From NCBI RefSeq assembly GCF_009914755.1, contig NC_060929.1: a stretch of DNA of 64,000 nucleotides. The stretch is one strand, 5' to 3'. A model generated the notes under the pieces. The model saw only the letters and a program-made list of their open reading frames with translations, ran no database searches and was not told where the DNA came from. A program made the position numbers and the translations under genes. This stretch comes from the human T2T-CHM13v2.0 reference genome, Homo sapiens. How positions within the stretch are numbered: the stretch's first letter is position 1; every line of letters begins with the position of its first letter. This document shows positions 40,436 through 57,400 of this stretch, piece by piece.

Positions 40436-42113
40436 GTATGTTGAACCATTCCTGCAGCCCTGGATTTAGTACCATTTGGTCATGTTAATGATCTTTTTTC
40501 TGTCCTGTTAAATTCAGTTTGGCAGAAGTTTGCTGAGGATTTTTGCTTCTATACCCATCAAGGGGTCTCAGCCTGCAGTTTTCTTTTTTTGTGATATATT
40601 TGGTTTTGCATCAGGCTTAGCTGGCCTCATAAAATAATTTTGTAAGTATTTCTTCCTCTTTATTTTTTTTGAAAGAGTTTGAGGAGAATTAGTATTAGTT
40701 ATTTAAATGACTGATAGAATTCAGCAGTGAAGTGATCAGGTTTTTGGCTGTTCTTTGATTTGAGGCATTTTATTACTAATTCAACATCCTTACTTGTTAC
40801 TGGTCTCTTGCGAGTTTCTATTTTCTTCATAACTCACTCCTGGTAGGTTGTATGCATCAAAGAATGTATCAATTTCTTCTATATTATCCAATTTGTTACA
40901 TATAGTTGTTCATAATAGTCTCATGATACTTTGTATTTCTTTGTATCAGCTATAATGTCTCCTTTTTCTTTCTGATTTTATCTATTTGTCTTTTTTGTTT
41001 TTCTTAGTCTAGCTAAAGGTTTCTCAATTTATCTTTTCAGATAAACAACTCATAAACTTGTTGATCTTTTATATTGTTTTTCTAGTCCCTACTTCATTTA
41101 TTTCTACTCTAATTTTTATTATTTTCTTTCTTCTACAAAGTTTGTGCTTAGTTTATTCTTGTTTTTCTGGTTCCCTGAGATGCAACATTAAGTGTTTTAT
41201 TTGAGATCTTTTTTTTTCTTTTTTGGTGTAGCTATATGTCACTATAAACTTCTGTCTTTGAACTGATTTTGCTGTATCCCATAGGTTTTGGTATGTGTGT
41301 TGTTTTTTTTTTGTCTCAATAAATTTAAAATTTTTCTTTTAGTTTCTTCATTGACCTATTGGTTGTTGAAGAACATGTTGTTTAATTTCTACATATTTGT
41401 GAATTTCCTGAAGCTTCTCCTATTATTGATTTCTTGTTTTATACCATTGTGGTCAGAAACAATACTCAATATAAATTTTAAAATCTTATATTATTCAAGA
41501 ATTGTTTTGTGGCCTAACGTGTGATCTGTCCTAGAGATTGTCTCATGTGCAGTTGAGAAGAATGTACATTCTTCAGCTGTTGGATGGAATGTTTTGTATA
41601 TGTCTGTTAGGTTCATTTGATCTAGAATGTAGATTAACTAGGATGTTGATTTATTTTCTGTCTAGATGACAGAAAAATTCTGGTGTTTAAATTCCCTACT
41701 AGTATTGTATTGTTGTCTAGCTCTCCTTTCAGAAATATTTACATTTGCTTTATATATTTAGGTGCTCCAATATTCAGTATATATTTATAAATATAGTATC
41801 ATCTAAATGAATTTACCCCTTTATTATTAAATAATGCCCTTCTTTGTCTCTTTTTACACTTTTGAAAGTCTGGTTTAGTTGCTGTGGATATAACCATTCT
41901 TTTTTTTTTTTATACTTTAAGTTTTAGGGTACATGTACACATTGTGCAGGTTAGTTACATATGTATACATGTGCCATGCTAGTGCACTGCACCCACTAAC
42001 TTGTCATCTAGCATTAGGTATATCTCCCAATGCTATCCCTCCCCCATTCCCCCACCCCACAACAGTCCCCAGAGTGTGATATTCTCCTTCCTGTGTCCAT
42101 GTGATCTCATTGT

Positions 42114-45939
<3,826 letters not shown>

Positions 45940-46002
45940 TATGATGTTAGCTGGTTATTTTGCTCGTTAGTTGATGCAGTTTCTTCCTAGTCTTGATGGT
46001 CT

Positions 46003-47018
46003 TTACATTTTGGCATGATTTTGCAGCGGCTGGTACCGGTTGTTCCTTTCCATGTTTATTGCTTCCTTCAGGAGCTCTTTTAGGGCAGGCCTGGTGGTGA
46101 GAAAATCTCTCAGCATTTGCTTGTCTGGAAGGTATTTTATTTTTCCTTCACTTATGAAGCTTAGTTTTGCTGGATATGAAATTCTGGGTTGAAAATTCTT
46201 GTCTTTAAGAATGTTGAATATTGGCCTCCACTCTCTTCTGGCTTGTAGGGTTTCTGCCGAGAGATCTGCTGTTAGTCTGATGGGCTTCCCTTTGAGGGTA
46301 ACTCGACCTTTCTCTCTGGCTGCCCTTAACATTTTTCCTTCATTTCAACTTTGGTGAATCGGATAATTATGTGTCTTGGAGTTGCTCTTCTCGAGGAGTA
46401 TCTTTGTGGCTTTCTCTGTATTTCCTGAATCTGAACATTGGCCTGCCTTGCTAGATTGGGGAAGTTCTCCTGGATAATATCCTGCAGAGTGTTTTCCAAC
46501 TGGGTTCCATTCTCCCCATCACTTTCAGGTACACCAATTAGATGTAGATTTGGTCTTTTCACATAGTCCCATATTTCTTGGAGGCTTTGCTCATTTCTTT
46601 TTATTCTTTTTTCTCTAAACTTCCCTTCTCACTTCATGCCATTCATTTCATCTTCCATCGCTGATACCCTTTCTTCCAGTTGATCGCATTGGCTCCTGAG
46701 GCTTCTGCATTCTTCACGTAGTTCTCGAGCCTTGGTTTTCAGCTCCATCAGCTCCTTTAAGCACTTCTCTGTAATCGTTATTCTAGTTATACATTCTTCT
46801 AAATTTTTTTCAAAGTTTTCAACTTCTTTGCCTTTGTTTTGAATGTCCTCCCGTAGCTCAGAGTAATTTGATCGTCTGAAGGCTTCTTCTCTCAGCTCGT
46901 CAAAGTCATTCTCCATCCAGCTTTGTTCCGTTGCTGGTGAGGAACTGCGTTCCTTTGGAGGAGGAGAGGCGCTCTGCTTTTTAGAGTTTCCAGTTTTTCT
47001 GTTCTGTTTTTTCCCCAT
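46003..47018 (-). pseudogene. L1 ORF1, disrupted
   Basis: MGKKQNRKTGNSK start; CGA>TGA stop at 46629-46631; -1 frameshift in an A run at ~46335; ends NRYQPLQNHAKM*. Confidence 0.93.
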
Positions 47019-47895
47019 CTTTGTGGTTTTATCTACTTTTGGTCTTTGATGATGGTGATGTACAGATGGGTTTTTGGTGTGGATGTCCTTTCTATTTGTT
47101 AGTTTTCCTTCTAACAGAGAGGACCCTCAGCTGCAGGTCTGTTGGAATACCCTGCCGTGTCAGGTGTCAGTGTGCCCCTGCTGGGGGGTGCCTCCCAGTT
47201 AGGCTGCTGGGGGGTCAGGGGTCAGGGACCCACTTGAGGAGGCAGTCTGTCTGTTCTCAGATCTCCAGCTGCGTGCTGGGAGAACCACTGCTCTCTTCAA
47301 AGCTGTCAGACAGGGACATTTAAGTCTGCAGAGGTTACTGCTGTCTTTTTGTTTGTCTGTGCCCTGCCCCCAGAGGTGGAGCCTACAGAGGCAGGCAGGC
47401 CTCCTTGAGCTGTGGTAGCTTCCGGGCTGCTTTGTTTACCTAATCAATCCTGGGCAATGGTAGGCGCCCCTCCCCCAGCCTTGCTGCTGCCTTGCAGTTT
47501 GATCTCAGACTGCTGTGCTAGCAATCAGCGAGACTCCGTTGGCGTAGGACCCTCCGAGCCAGGTGCGGGATATAATCTCATGGTGCACCGTTTTTTAAGC
47601 CCATTGGAAAAGTGTAGTATTCGGGTGGGAGTGACCCGATTTTCCAGGTGCCATCTGTCACCCCTTTCTTTGACTCAGAAAGGGAACTCCCTGACCCCTG
47701 CGCTTCCCAAGTGAGGCAATGCCTCGCCCTGCTTCGGCGCACGCACCCACTGACCTGCGCCCACTGTCTGGCAGTCCCTAGTGAGATGAACCCGGTACCT
47801 CAGTTGGAAATGCAGAAATCACCATCTTCTGTGTCGCTCACGCTGGGAGCTGTAGACCGGAGCTGTTCCTATTCGGCCATGTTGGCTCCTCCCCC
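47019..47895 (-). promoter_or_regulatory. L1 5'UTR internal sense promoter and antisense promoter region
   Basis: Position and sequence; partly CpG-decayed; the YY1-site region reads CCAACATGGCCG versus the consensus CCAAGATGGCCG. Confidence 0.7.
47457..47714 (+). other. L1 antisense ORF0 homologue (open, 85 codons)
   Basis: MVGAPPPALLLPCSLISDCCASNQRDSVGVGPSEPG... matches primate L1 ORF0 as I recall it; both CAG|GTG donor-like sites are present. Confidence 0.75.
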
Positions 47896-49012
47896 GGATA
47901 TAACCATTCTTGTACTTATTTAATTTTCATTTATATGGAATACCTTTTTTTCTATCACTTTTATTCTCTGTGTGTCCTTAAAGGTGAGGTAAGTCTCTTC
48001 TAGGCAGCATATAGTTGGTTCTTTTTGGTAATACATTTATCCACTTGGTCGTTCATTTGCAGAATATAATTCATTTAATTTGAAGAAATTACTATCTGGT
48101 AAGAACTTATTACTGCCATTTTATTAATTGTTATTTAGTTGTTTTGTAGATTTTTCATTCTTTTCTTCTTCTTTTGCTGTCTTTTGATGCTAAGTAATTT
48201 CTATAGTGGTATGCTTTAATTTCTTGCCTTTTTTATGTATTTTCTATTGCTTTTGTTTGGTTGTTATTATGAGGCTGGCAAAAAGTTCTTATAGTTATAA
48301 AAGGCTATATTTAGCTGAAAACAATTTAACTTTAATTGCAAAAAGAAAAAAAAACTGTACAGCTCTATTCTACTCCACAGAACATTTTGAATTTTTGATG
48401 TCACCATTTATACATTTTTATAAATTTCCTAGTCTGTAAAAAATTACTGTGGCTATTATTAGTTTTAGTTGTTTTGTATTTTAGCCTTCATACTAAAAAT
48501 ATAATAGATTTACAGATCACTATTATAATATTAGAGTATTCTGAGTTTGACTGTATGCTTACTTTTCTAGTTTCATATTTTCATGTTTTCATGTTACTCA
48601 TTTGTACAGTGTTCTTTCAGCTTGAAGAACTCCTTTTATTATTTCTTGTAAGACAGTTCTGATGTTAATAAACTCCTTCAGCTTTTGTTGTCTGAGAACG
48701 TCTTTATTTATTCTTCTTTCTGAAACATAGCTTTGCTGGGTACTGCCTTCTTGATTGAAAGGTTGTTGTTGGTTTTACTTTCTTTCAGCATTTTGGATAT
48801 ATCACCCAATTATGTCCTGCCCTGTAAGGTTTCTGCAGAGAATTTTCCACCCCAAAGTTTTACTCTGTGATCTTGCTCTGCTCCTCTCCCCAGTTTTAGT
48901 TTTTATTTGGAAAAATCACAAACAGTTTTCTGTGTGCCTATTGTTTGCAAACTGTCAGTTCTTATTTTCAACAAAAAATTTAAATGAATTTGTCATTACT
49001 GTAAATATCCTT

Positions 49013-49420
49013 TATTATGGACTGAAATGTGTCCTTTCAAAATGGCATTTGAAGCCCTTATCCCCAAGGTGAGGATACTTGAAAACAGGACCTTTAAGTA
49101 GACAATTAAGCTTAAGTGAGGTCATATAGGAGGGACGCTAATCCAATAGGAATGGTGTCCTTATTTGATTAAAGAGAAAGAGAGAGAAAAAGAAATACCA
49201 GGAGTATGCAGAGACAGAGAAAAGGTGATGTGAAAACATAGTGAGAAGGGAGCTGTCTGCAAACCAGAAAGAGAGCCCTGATCAGAAATCAACAAACCCT
49301 GAAAGCAATTTGATCTTGGGGCTTTCAGCCTCCAGAACTATTAGAAAAAAAAAAAATTCTGTTGTTTAAGTCACCTCATCTGTGGTACTTTTCTTAAGGC
49401 ATTTCTAGCGGATAAATATA
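49013..49420 (+). mobile_element. MLT1B-like MaLR solo LTR
   Basis: TATTATGGACTGAAATGTGTCC start, CAGCCTCCAGAACT and CTGTTGTTTAAGTCACC motifs; ~400 bp. Confidence 0.8.
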
Positions 49421-50146
49421 CCTTTTATTGCTTTTACATATGGCATTCTCATTTAATCTGATAAGGTATTTGTGAATATTCAGAGGGCACAGCAATAATT
49501 CAAGTTTGATTGTTATTTAAGGTGTTTTTAAAATTTACCCTTCTTGTATCTTTCCAAAAATAATACAAAATATAGAAAGAAATGTTAAAACTTAAAAGCT
49601 CTAAAAACTGATTGAGTATATTACAATTTTTCAGTCTAAAAATTATTTTTGTGTAAAATCAAGGTTTTAGAAGGCACATTCTTTTAACACTTTAGTTATT
49701 TTAAACATTTTATAATCCTGTTTTTTTAAAAAAATATTATTGACAGTTACTTTAAATGGAAATCATTTCACTGTTAAGCAGATAATTGGTGTCCTTTGCT
49801 TTGCAGAAGTAATCCATTTTAAATGCAAAAGAAATTACTAGATAGGTAGCCTGAGAATATTCTGTATCAATTAAAAATTATCTAGAAGTGGAAAATACTG
49901 GTCAGGAAAACCTTGACGATTAAAAGTTCATCAAGGCCAACAGTTACTATGAAGTAACATCTAGTTCCAGTCAGTAAATTATGAATCTGTATCTCAGAAT
50001 TTATCATAAAATAGAATCCAGACTCATACTCTTAGGCACAACATATTTCCTATTAACTTTATGGTCTAATTTTATATATGAATTGTAAATACATTGTGCA
50101 TAAAATATGTGAAGGATATAATATGATCTATAAATTTAAGCTTTCA

Positions 50147-50368
<222 letters not shown>

Positions 50369-50700
50369 TTAATATGCAAAAAATTGTAGTCTTTAAATTC
50401 TTGAACAATAATTCACACCAATAATCCCAGGATTAAACTAAGAATTGCTAGGGTTGGTTCCTGTAAATATAGCCTTTTACTACTGGAAGTCTTTTAAAAG
50501 AGTGTGTATTGCCACAAAGAATAGAAATTAATCAAATATAGCTTTAAGTACCGACAATATTCCATTTCAGATCAAGTCATTTATTCCATAACTATTTTGT
50601 AAGAAAGTAATACATACTAATCACTCTTTGAGCTCTTACACAGTTTATAATCTAATTTAAGAATAAACACATATGCACATATACAAACAACAAGATTTTA

Positions 50701-51013
50701 TTTTATTTTTATTTATTTATTTTTGAGATGTAGTCTTGCTCTTTCACCCAGGCTGGAGTGCAGTAGCATGATCTTGGCTCACTGCAACCTCTGCCTCCTG
50801 GGTTCAAGCAAGTCTCCAGACTCAGACTCCTGAGTGGCTGGGACTACAGGTGCATGCCACCCACACCTGGCTAATTTTTGTAGTTTTAGTAGAGACAGGG
50901 TTTCACCATGTTGCCCAGGCTGGTCTCAAATTCCTGACCTTATGTGATCCACCCACCTCGCCTTCCCAAAGTGCTGGGATTACAGGTGTGAGCCATCCCA
51001 TCATGCCCAGCCC
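50701..51013 (-). mobile_element. Alu (S-type)
   Basis: Full dimer; TSD AAACAACA(A/G)GATTTTA at 50685-50700 and 51014-51029. Confidence 0.93.
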
Positions 51014-51573
51014 AAACAACAGGATTTTAAATAATAACATGGGGAGATTTTAGTTAGAGCTGAGTAGTCATGGAAAGCCTTTTTGTGAAAGTGACATTTA
51101 AGCTAAGAACAGAATAGTAAATAGAATTTATAAAGAGAAAGGAAGAGATTTGTCAAAAGGAAAAACATTTGAGAGTATTTTAAAAATTTGAAGAAAATAA
51201 CAACAGATTAAAGACAATAAGAAAAGAGAGTGGGAAAATAGGTTAATAAATACAGATGTAAGGGTTAGGTAATCATGTTCTTGCAGTCATGTCAAGTAAT
51301 TTGGATTTATTTTCTAAAACCAAGAGGAAACAGTGAAATATTTTAGGAATGATGCAATGTATTTTAGCAACTCTATACATTTTGCAGTTGGTATAAGTTA
51401 CTGAGATAGAAGAGAAATGTTTTAAATGTCATTTTTTCTTTTTATTTAAATTTGGGATCAAGGGTTCAATTACAGGCATGTTAATATTGGGATGACTCTA
51501 ATAAATCAGTATTGAAAGCTTATTTTTAAAGTGATCTATCAGAAAGGTCTGGAGAATTTTTTAAATTACATTT

Positions 51574-51979
51574 TGTTAGTATTAAATTAAATTATATTTG
51601 GCCTAAAGCTGCCCTTGTACTTTAAATTAATACATAGCAAATTGCAATATAACTTAGTATGTAAATAAATTGCAAGCTAACCTAAGAATGTATTCTTCTA
51701 ACAAATAGCTGAATCTCAGCCAATCACAGTAACTGAGCTTCAGCCATTTATGGGATGCCAATTGATCTATGTCCAACAAGGCAAATGCCAAGCTGTAACC
51801 AATCAAACTGTTTCTGTTGTCATTTCCTTCTTCTTTCTGTAAAGACAGCCTGCCCAGGTTGGTAGGTGGAGCTCTTGGAATCTTTCCTCATTCTGAAAAA
51901 TGCTGCCCAGTTCATGAATTGTTCTTTGCTCAATTAAACTCTGCTTAATGTAATTTGTCTGAAGTTTTTTATTTTAACA
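51574..51979 (+). mobile_element. MER57-like ERV1 solo LTR
   Basis: TGTTA...TTTGGCCTAAAGCTGCC start, repeated AGCCAATC/AACCAATC boxes, end AATTTGTCTGAAGTTTTTTATTTTAACA. Confidence 0.7.
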
Positions 51980-52339
51980 CTGGTAAGCAGAAGAGGAAGA
52001 AATTAGCTGAATAAATAGTTTAGATATAAGAAAGAGGCCTTAAAAGATCTGCCAAAGAAAGCTGAAAATAAAATGGTTATCATGGTAAAAGGAAAACCAA
52101 GAATGTGCAGTGTAAGGAAAGAAAAGGAAAGAGAACTCCGTGAAGGCAGGTACAGCTCTCTCAATATTGCTGATAGGTCAAGCAAGATGAGTACTAAAAT
52201 GATATTCTTGATTTTAGTCACTGATAGTAACCGTGGAAAAGGAGTATCAGCAAAAAATTAGGAAATACCTGTATCAAAATAGAGTCAATGAGTGTCTAAA
52301 AATTATATATAGATTAATTTATAAAATTGAGTTGAGAGA

Positions 52340-53900
52340 CATTTATAAAAACCTAAATAAATGGTTGAAAATATGATATTTTAATGATGGTTTACTTTAA
52401 AATATCTATAGTTTCAAATAACTTTGGTAAAATTTCACAGATTTTGTCAACTTTTTCAATTAAAATTTTGAAACTTAAAAAAAAAGTAAAGGCATAGACC
52501 AAAAAATCTGAAGGGAAGGATGTGTAACTAGGGGAAACTTGACTTACCTGATAATTCCATTAATTATAAAGCTATAATAAATGAAAGATCATTAAAATTA
52601 TATAACGATAAATGTATAAGACAACTGAGCAGAAAAGATAAACCTTTTAAAAAGTATACATGGATACTGGATATATTACACAGGTAGAACCACATATTGG
52701 TGGAAAATAAACAGAGTTCTTCAAAAAATTATTGTGGTACAATACAGTATCCATATAGAAAAAAAATGACCGCTCTTATAAAGTAAACAAAAATCAATCC
52801 TGGATGACTGAAAGACTTAAACATAAAGCCACCACTGTAAAATATTTACAAAATAATAAAGCGTAGTATCTTCGTGTTTTTTGAATAGGTTGAGACTTCC
52901 AAAACAAAGAGAAACAGTGTTCATCATAAAGAAAAGATTTAATTTGAGGCTGCCTTAAACAGACTATCTTTCTTCAAAATAAATTATAGAAACAGTTAAA
53001 ATTTTAGCCAAATTGTAGAAAGTGATATTTTTCACAAGTTGGACCTAATATCTTAGTATCCAGAACATATAAAGAACTTCTAAGGATCAATAAGAAAAAA
53101 ACTAAACCTATTAGCAAAATGGGCAAACAACTTGAACACGCTCTTTACAAAAGAGGAAATACAGATGGCAAATAAATGAAAGCCCAGTGCTTAACTTCAT
53201 TATTAATACAATAATTCAAATTAAAACCACAGAGAAATACTGCAATACACTCAAAAAATTGAAAGGAAAACAAAGTTCATCAATCCAAAAGGTTGATGAG
53301 ACAATTGAAGAATAATGCCTCATGGCATTAAAATTGGTTGAAAGACTTTCGAGATAGGTAGATAGTATTAGAAATTTTAAGACATGTTTAGTCTGTGATG
53401 AGCAATTCCATTCAAATTAATTCCCAAGGAAAATCAATACATACGTGAACCAGGAGACATGGACAAGAGTGTTCATGGCAGCTTTGCATAAACAAATGCT
53501 AAAAAACATCTCAATGATTCCTCAGTACTAAAATCAGTAAATGAATTGTGATATGCATGTTGCAGCGACACAAATGAATAAATTATGGTTATTCACAAAA
53601 TGCATTAAAACATTATTTTAGAAGAGGAAGATATATGAATATATATGGTTCAATTATATTAATAAATTATGTTAACTGACAATAATTTTTTAGTGATTTA
53701 CAAATCAGTAAATAGAAGCAAAAGCAAAGGAAGTAAATATTTATCATTAAAGTTAGGAGAATAGTTCTTCACAATGTTAGTGAAGCCGGTAGATGTATTC
53801 ATGTAGGGCATTGAGAATCCTGTTATATTTTCTAACCAGGCTGGTGTTTGCTCAAGTGTTCATTTCATAAAATTTTTTAAACTGTGCGTTTATTCATATA
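52340..53900 (+). mobile_element. Ancient L1M (L1ME/MC-like) ORF2 3' part and 3'UTR
   Basis: AAAATGGGCAAACAACTTGAACA...AAAAGAGGAAATACAGATGGCAAATAAA; edges approximate. Confidence 0.65.
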
Positions 53901-54224
53901 CATCTGTATACATTTTAATGCACTAATTTGTGTGTTAATGGTAATAATAATAATAACATGTACACAAAGCAGAATTACTGAAATGGTAATTACTCTTTGT
54001 AAGAGCTTGGATATTAATAGGAGCAGAACCATGGAGTATTCTGTCACAGGAAATAGAGTTGAGATTGACTCTGTTAACCTAGGTGATGTTCAAGCACTTT
54101 ATTGATGAAAAATGCCAGCCTTAAAATATTTTCAATTTTCACAAATTTGCTTGTTAACACATTTCTTTACTTAATTATTGGGTAACATATCATCTTTTAT
54201 CTTTACTCTTTTTAAGCATTTTTA

Positions 54225-54485
54225 AAATTTCATTTTACTTTTAATTTTTGTGGGTAATAGTACATAGTAGGTATATATATTTATGGGGCATATGGGATAA
54301 TTTGACCAGGCTTACAATATGTAATAATTGCATCAGGGTAAATGAGAACTCTATCACCTCAAGCATTAATCATTCTTGTTCCAAAAAAATCAAATTATAT
54401 CCTTTTAGTTATTTTTAAATATATAAGTATATTATTATTAAATATAGTCACCTTGCTGTTCTATTAAATACTAGATCTTATTTAT
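54225..54485 (-). mobile_element. L1MA/L1PB 3'-end fragment
   Basis: TTTTAATTTTTGTGGGT...ACATAGTAGGTATATATATTTATGGGG...ATCACCTCAAGCATT. Confidence 0.7.
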
Positions 54486-57400
54486 CTGCATACTTTTAGA
54501 GATAATAGTTTGCATTTTAAAAGTTATTGTCTTCTAAATTTACATCGTATTTTAAAATATTCTTGATGATAAGTGAGCACTTATTGAAGCAGAAAGATGT
54601 TGCTTTCAGAATTTAGAGCAAAAATAATTACCAGTTAAATATATATAATATTTATATAATTGTATTTCAGTTTTAAATGCAATAGGAAGGGAATAATAAT
54701 ACTATATAAGAGATTTTGCAGATGATGCACACATTCAACAATAATAACTAAATAAAAGTGTTATTTCTTGCTGGAATTCATTTATGTCAATAAGTATTAT
54801 TTGACAAAGACTAGTTATTAGGTAAGGAAAGAACAAATATATTATTAATAACCAACCACTTTGTGTCCTAACATCAACTCTCATAAAGCCTTCCTTCAAA
54901 CCACTTTGGATTACCAGTTATTTTATATCCTTATGAAGAGAAGAGAATTGGATAAGATTTATGATACAAGTTAGATGGATAATGCAACCATAGAAAGAAA
55001 ACAGAAACATATGCTTTATTCCTGTGTGTTTATTTCAGATATGTTAAATTTTAGGTGTATTGAGTCTATTGTTGTTGATCTTTGTGAATTGCTTTATTAT
55101 CCAAAACAAAAAACACTTTGTGACTTCGATAACTAAATCTATAAACAAAGAAGATATTTGTCAGTATATGTGTGTATGTTGGTATGTATTATTGGACACT
55201 CGTATAATAGAAAAACACTATTACCAGATTCCAGCATCTTGTGACAGAATCAGGTCTCTTTGCTTTCCTTAATTTCTGTTCCATGGCTATGGCATCTTTA
55301 TCTTGTGATTATTTTGTCTTTTGTATTTCTCTCTTCTTCCATGGATAGGAGAAATTCTCATGGGAAGGGATAAAATGTGTCAGGTCAATATCTTTACTCT
55401 GTGCTCACACTCTACTGCTAAATCACTGCTGATCCTGCCAAAATAAGAAACTAGTTCATTGATTTACAATATGAATGGCCTCTGTCTATTGGTATAAACA
55501 CACAAAGTGGAGAATCTTGCAGGACTTCATAATAAAAAGTCTTTGATGTAAGATGAATGACCTACAAAATATGAGGAAATCTACTCCTTTCTCCACTTCA
55601 GTGATGTCTGTTTTGTGAGTAGATAGATGATTTCTTCCCAAGAAATACAAAACTACCCATTTTCAGTTCCACCAAATTTTTTTAACAGTATCAGGAGCTC
55701 CAGATGAATTACATTTTGGTGAATATGCCCAATGAGAGCACATTTCTTTACAAATGCCCAAAGTTTAATAAAGGGGTGTTTATGTGTGTATGTGTACACA
55801 AACACACGGTACCTAGTTAAAATGTTTTCTTTCCCTATGACTTTTTCTTAAGTAAATTCTATCTTGTCACTTACAACTGTATGGGAAAGATCATAAAAGT
55901 CTTTCTGATTTTCATTTCTAAATATTATTAGAGTTATTTCAATAGTGAGCTTTGATCTCTAAAATTTACTCTTCTTCTACCTTTCAATATTACAACCTAA
56001 TTTAGCCTAAACTGTCCTTTAACTTACTAAACATTTAAAAAAGAATTTCTGATCTGCATTTATCTGACAAGGTGATGCATCCTTTTGAAGTTTTGTCTTC
56101 CATCACATTATGATGGTCTGTCACTCATGTGACAAGGGGTTTAAGATGAATGGAGTTAAGGAGAAAGGTCAAATAAAATGCACTACCAGACTCTGGCATG
56201 ACACAATCCATCAAATAAAAGAGCAAAACCCCTTTAGCCTGTAAGCATTCGATTACAAATTGTCAAATGTTCATGATAATCTAAACTTCTGAGATGAACT
56301 TAAAGTGAATATTGGCTTCAAATTGAAAAATGGCAATAAGTTAGTTAAAATTAAATTGAACTACAAACCTGTCACTTTCAAGCATTTTTCTCTTTTTAGA
56401 TGGACACCATGCTAAATTCCATCTTGGGAATTTGGTTTTATTTCAGTACTGGATTTTTACTTAGATTTATAATTGAATGCTTCTATGTTAGAAAAATACT
56501 TTAAGTGTGCTTAAAAGGCAGCATCAAATCCAACTCATTGATTTAGCAGATATGCAATGAACTCACACACCCAGCTATTAACATGTGGAGTTTTATATTT
56601 TGCTATGTTAGAGTTGGAGAGTTGGTGAAAAGTTCAGAGAAAACATAAATTTATATATTCTCACGGGAGAAGCAATTGTATTCTAGTGGGGAAAAAATGG
56701 TATGAATGGCTAAAGAGGCAAGTGTAATTGTAAATGATTAGGTTAATTTATTACCGAAGTTGAGGTTGCTAAATTATATGTCAAAATTGCTTTTAAGTTT
56801 TGTGTTATTCATTTGTTTTTTACCTCTTAACTACACAATTTGAAATTAAGTCATACAGACCTCACAAGAAATAGCTATTATCATCAGAACTCTAAGGTAT
56901 TTAGTTTCTGTATGTAGCTAAAACCCAATTCTGGGGACTGGGGTAGTATCTTTTATATGAAACACAATATTTGGGAAGTCATGTGAAGGCTTTAAAATAA
57001 TATATAAATAATATAGTTACATAGGTTTCTCGTTTTATGTTTATATAAATATGTCTAAGTGGGAAATTTAATATAGCCCAAGGAAAGTGATTGAAAATAT
57101 GTATTAAATCATGTTTATCATGAATTATTTTATAGTATGAATAATCACTCTTTAAAAACTAGTCTTGTTTATGGAGTCAATTAACTAATTTAAATTAAAA
57201 TATAAAAATATTTTAATAGGAAGTACTATTAAGCCCAGTATGAATGAATTGAAATGAAAGTGTAAATTCTGTATTTGAGAAAAGCAAAATTGTAAATTCA
57301 GACATGAGAAATAAATTTTATTAAGCAGAATATAATGTTAAAATTCTATTGATTTTTTTAACTTGTAAAGAATAAGTTAATTAGGGAATTTGAATGAATT

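Noticed and set aside
39398-40444. Cluster of 64-101 aa ORFs
   Set aside because: Chance ORFs in a GC-rich solo LTR; no gag/pol/env similarity seen.
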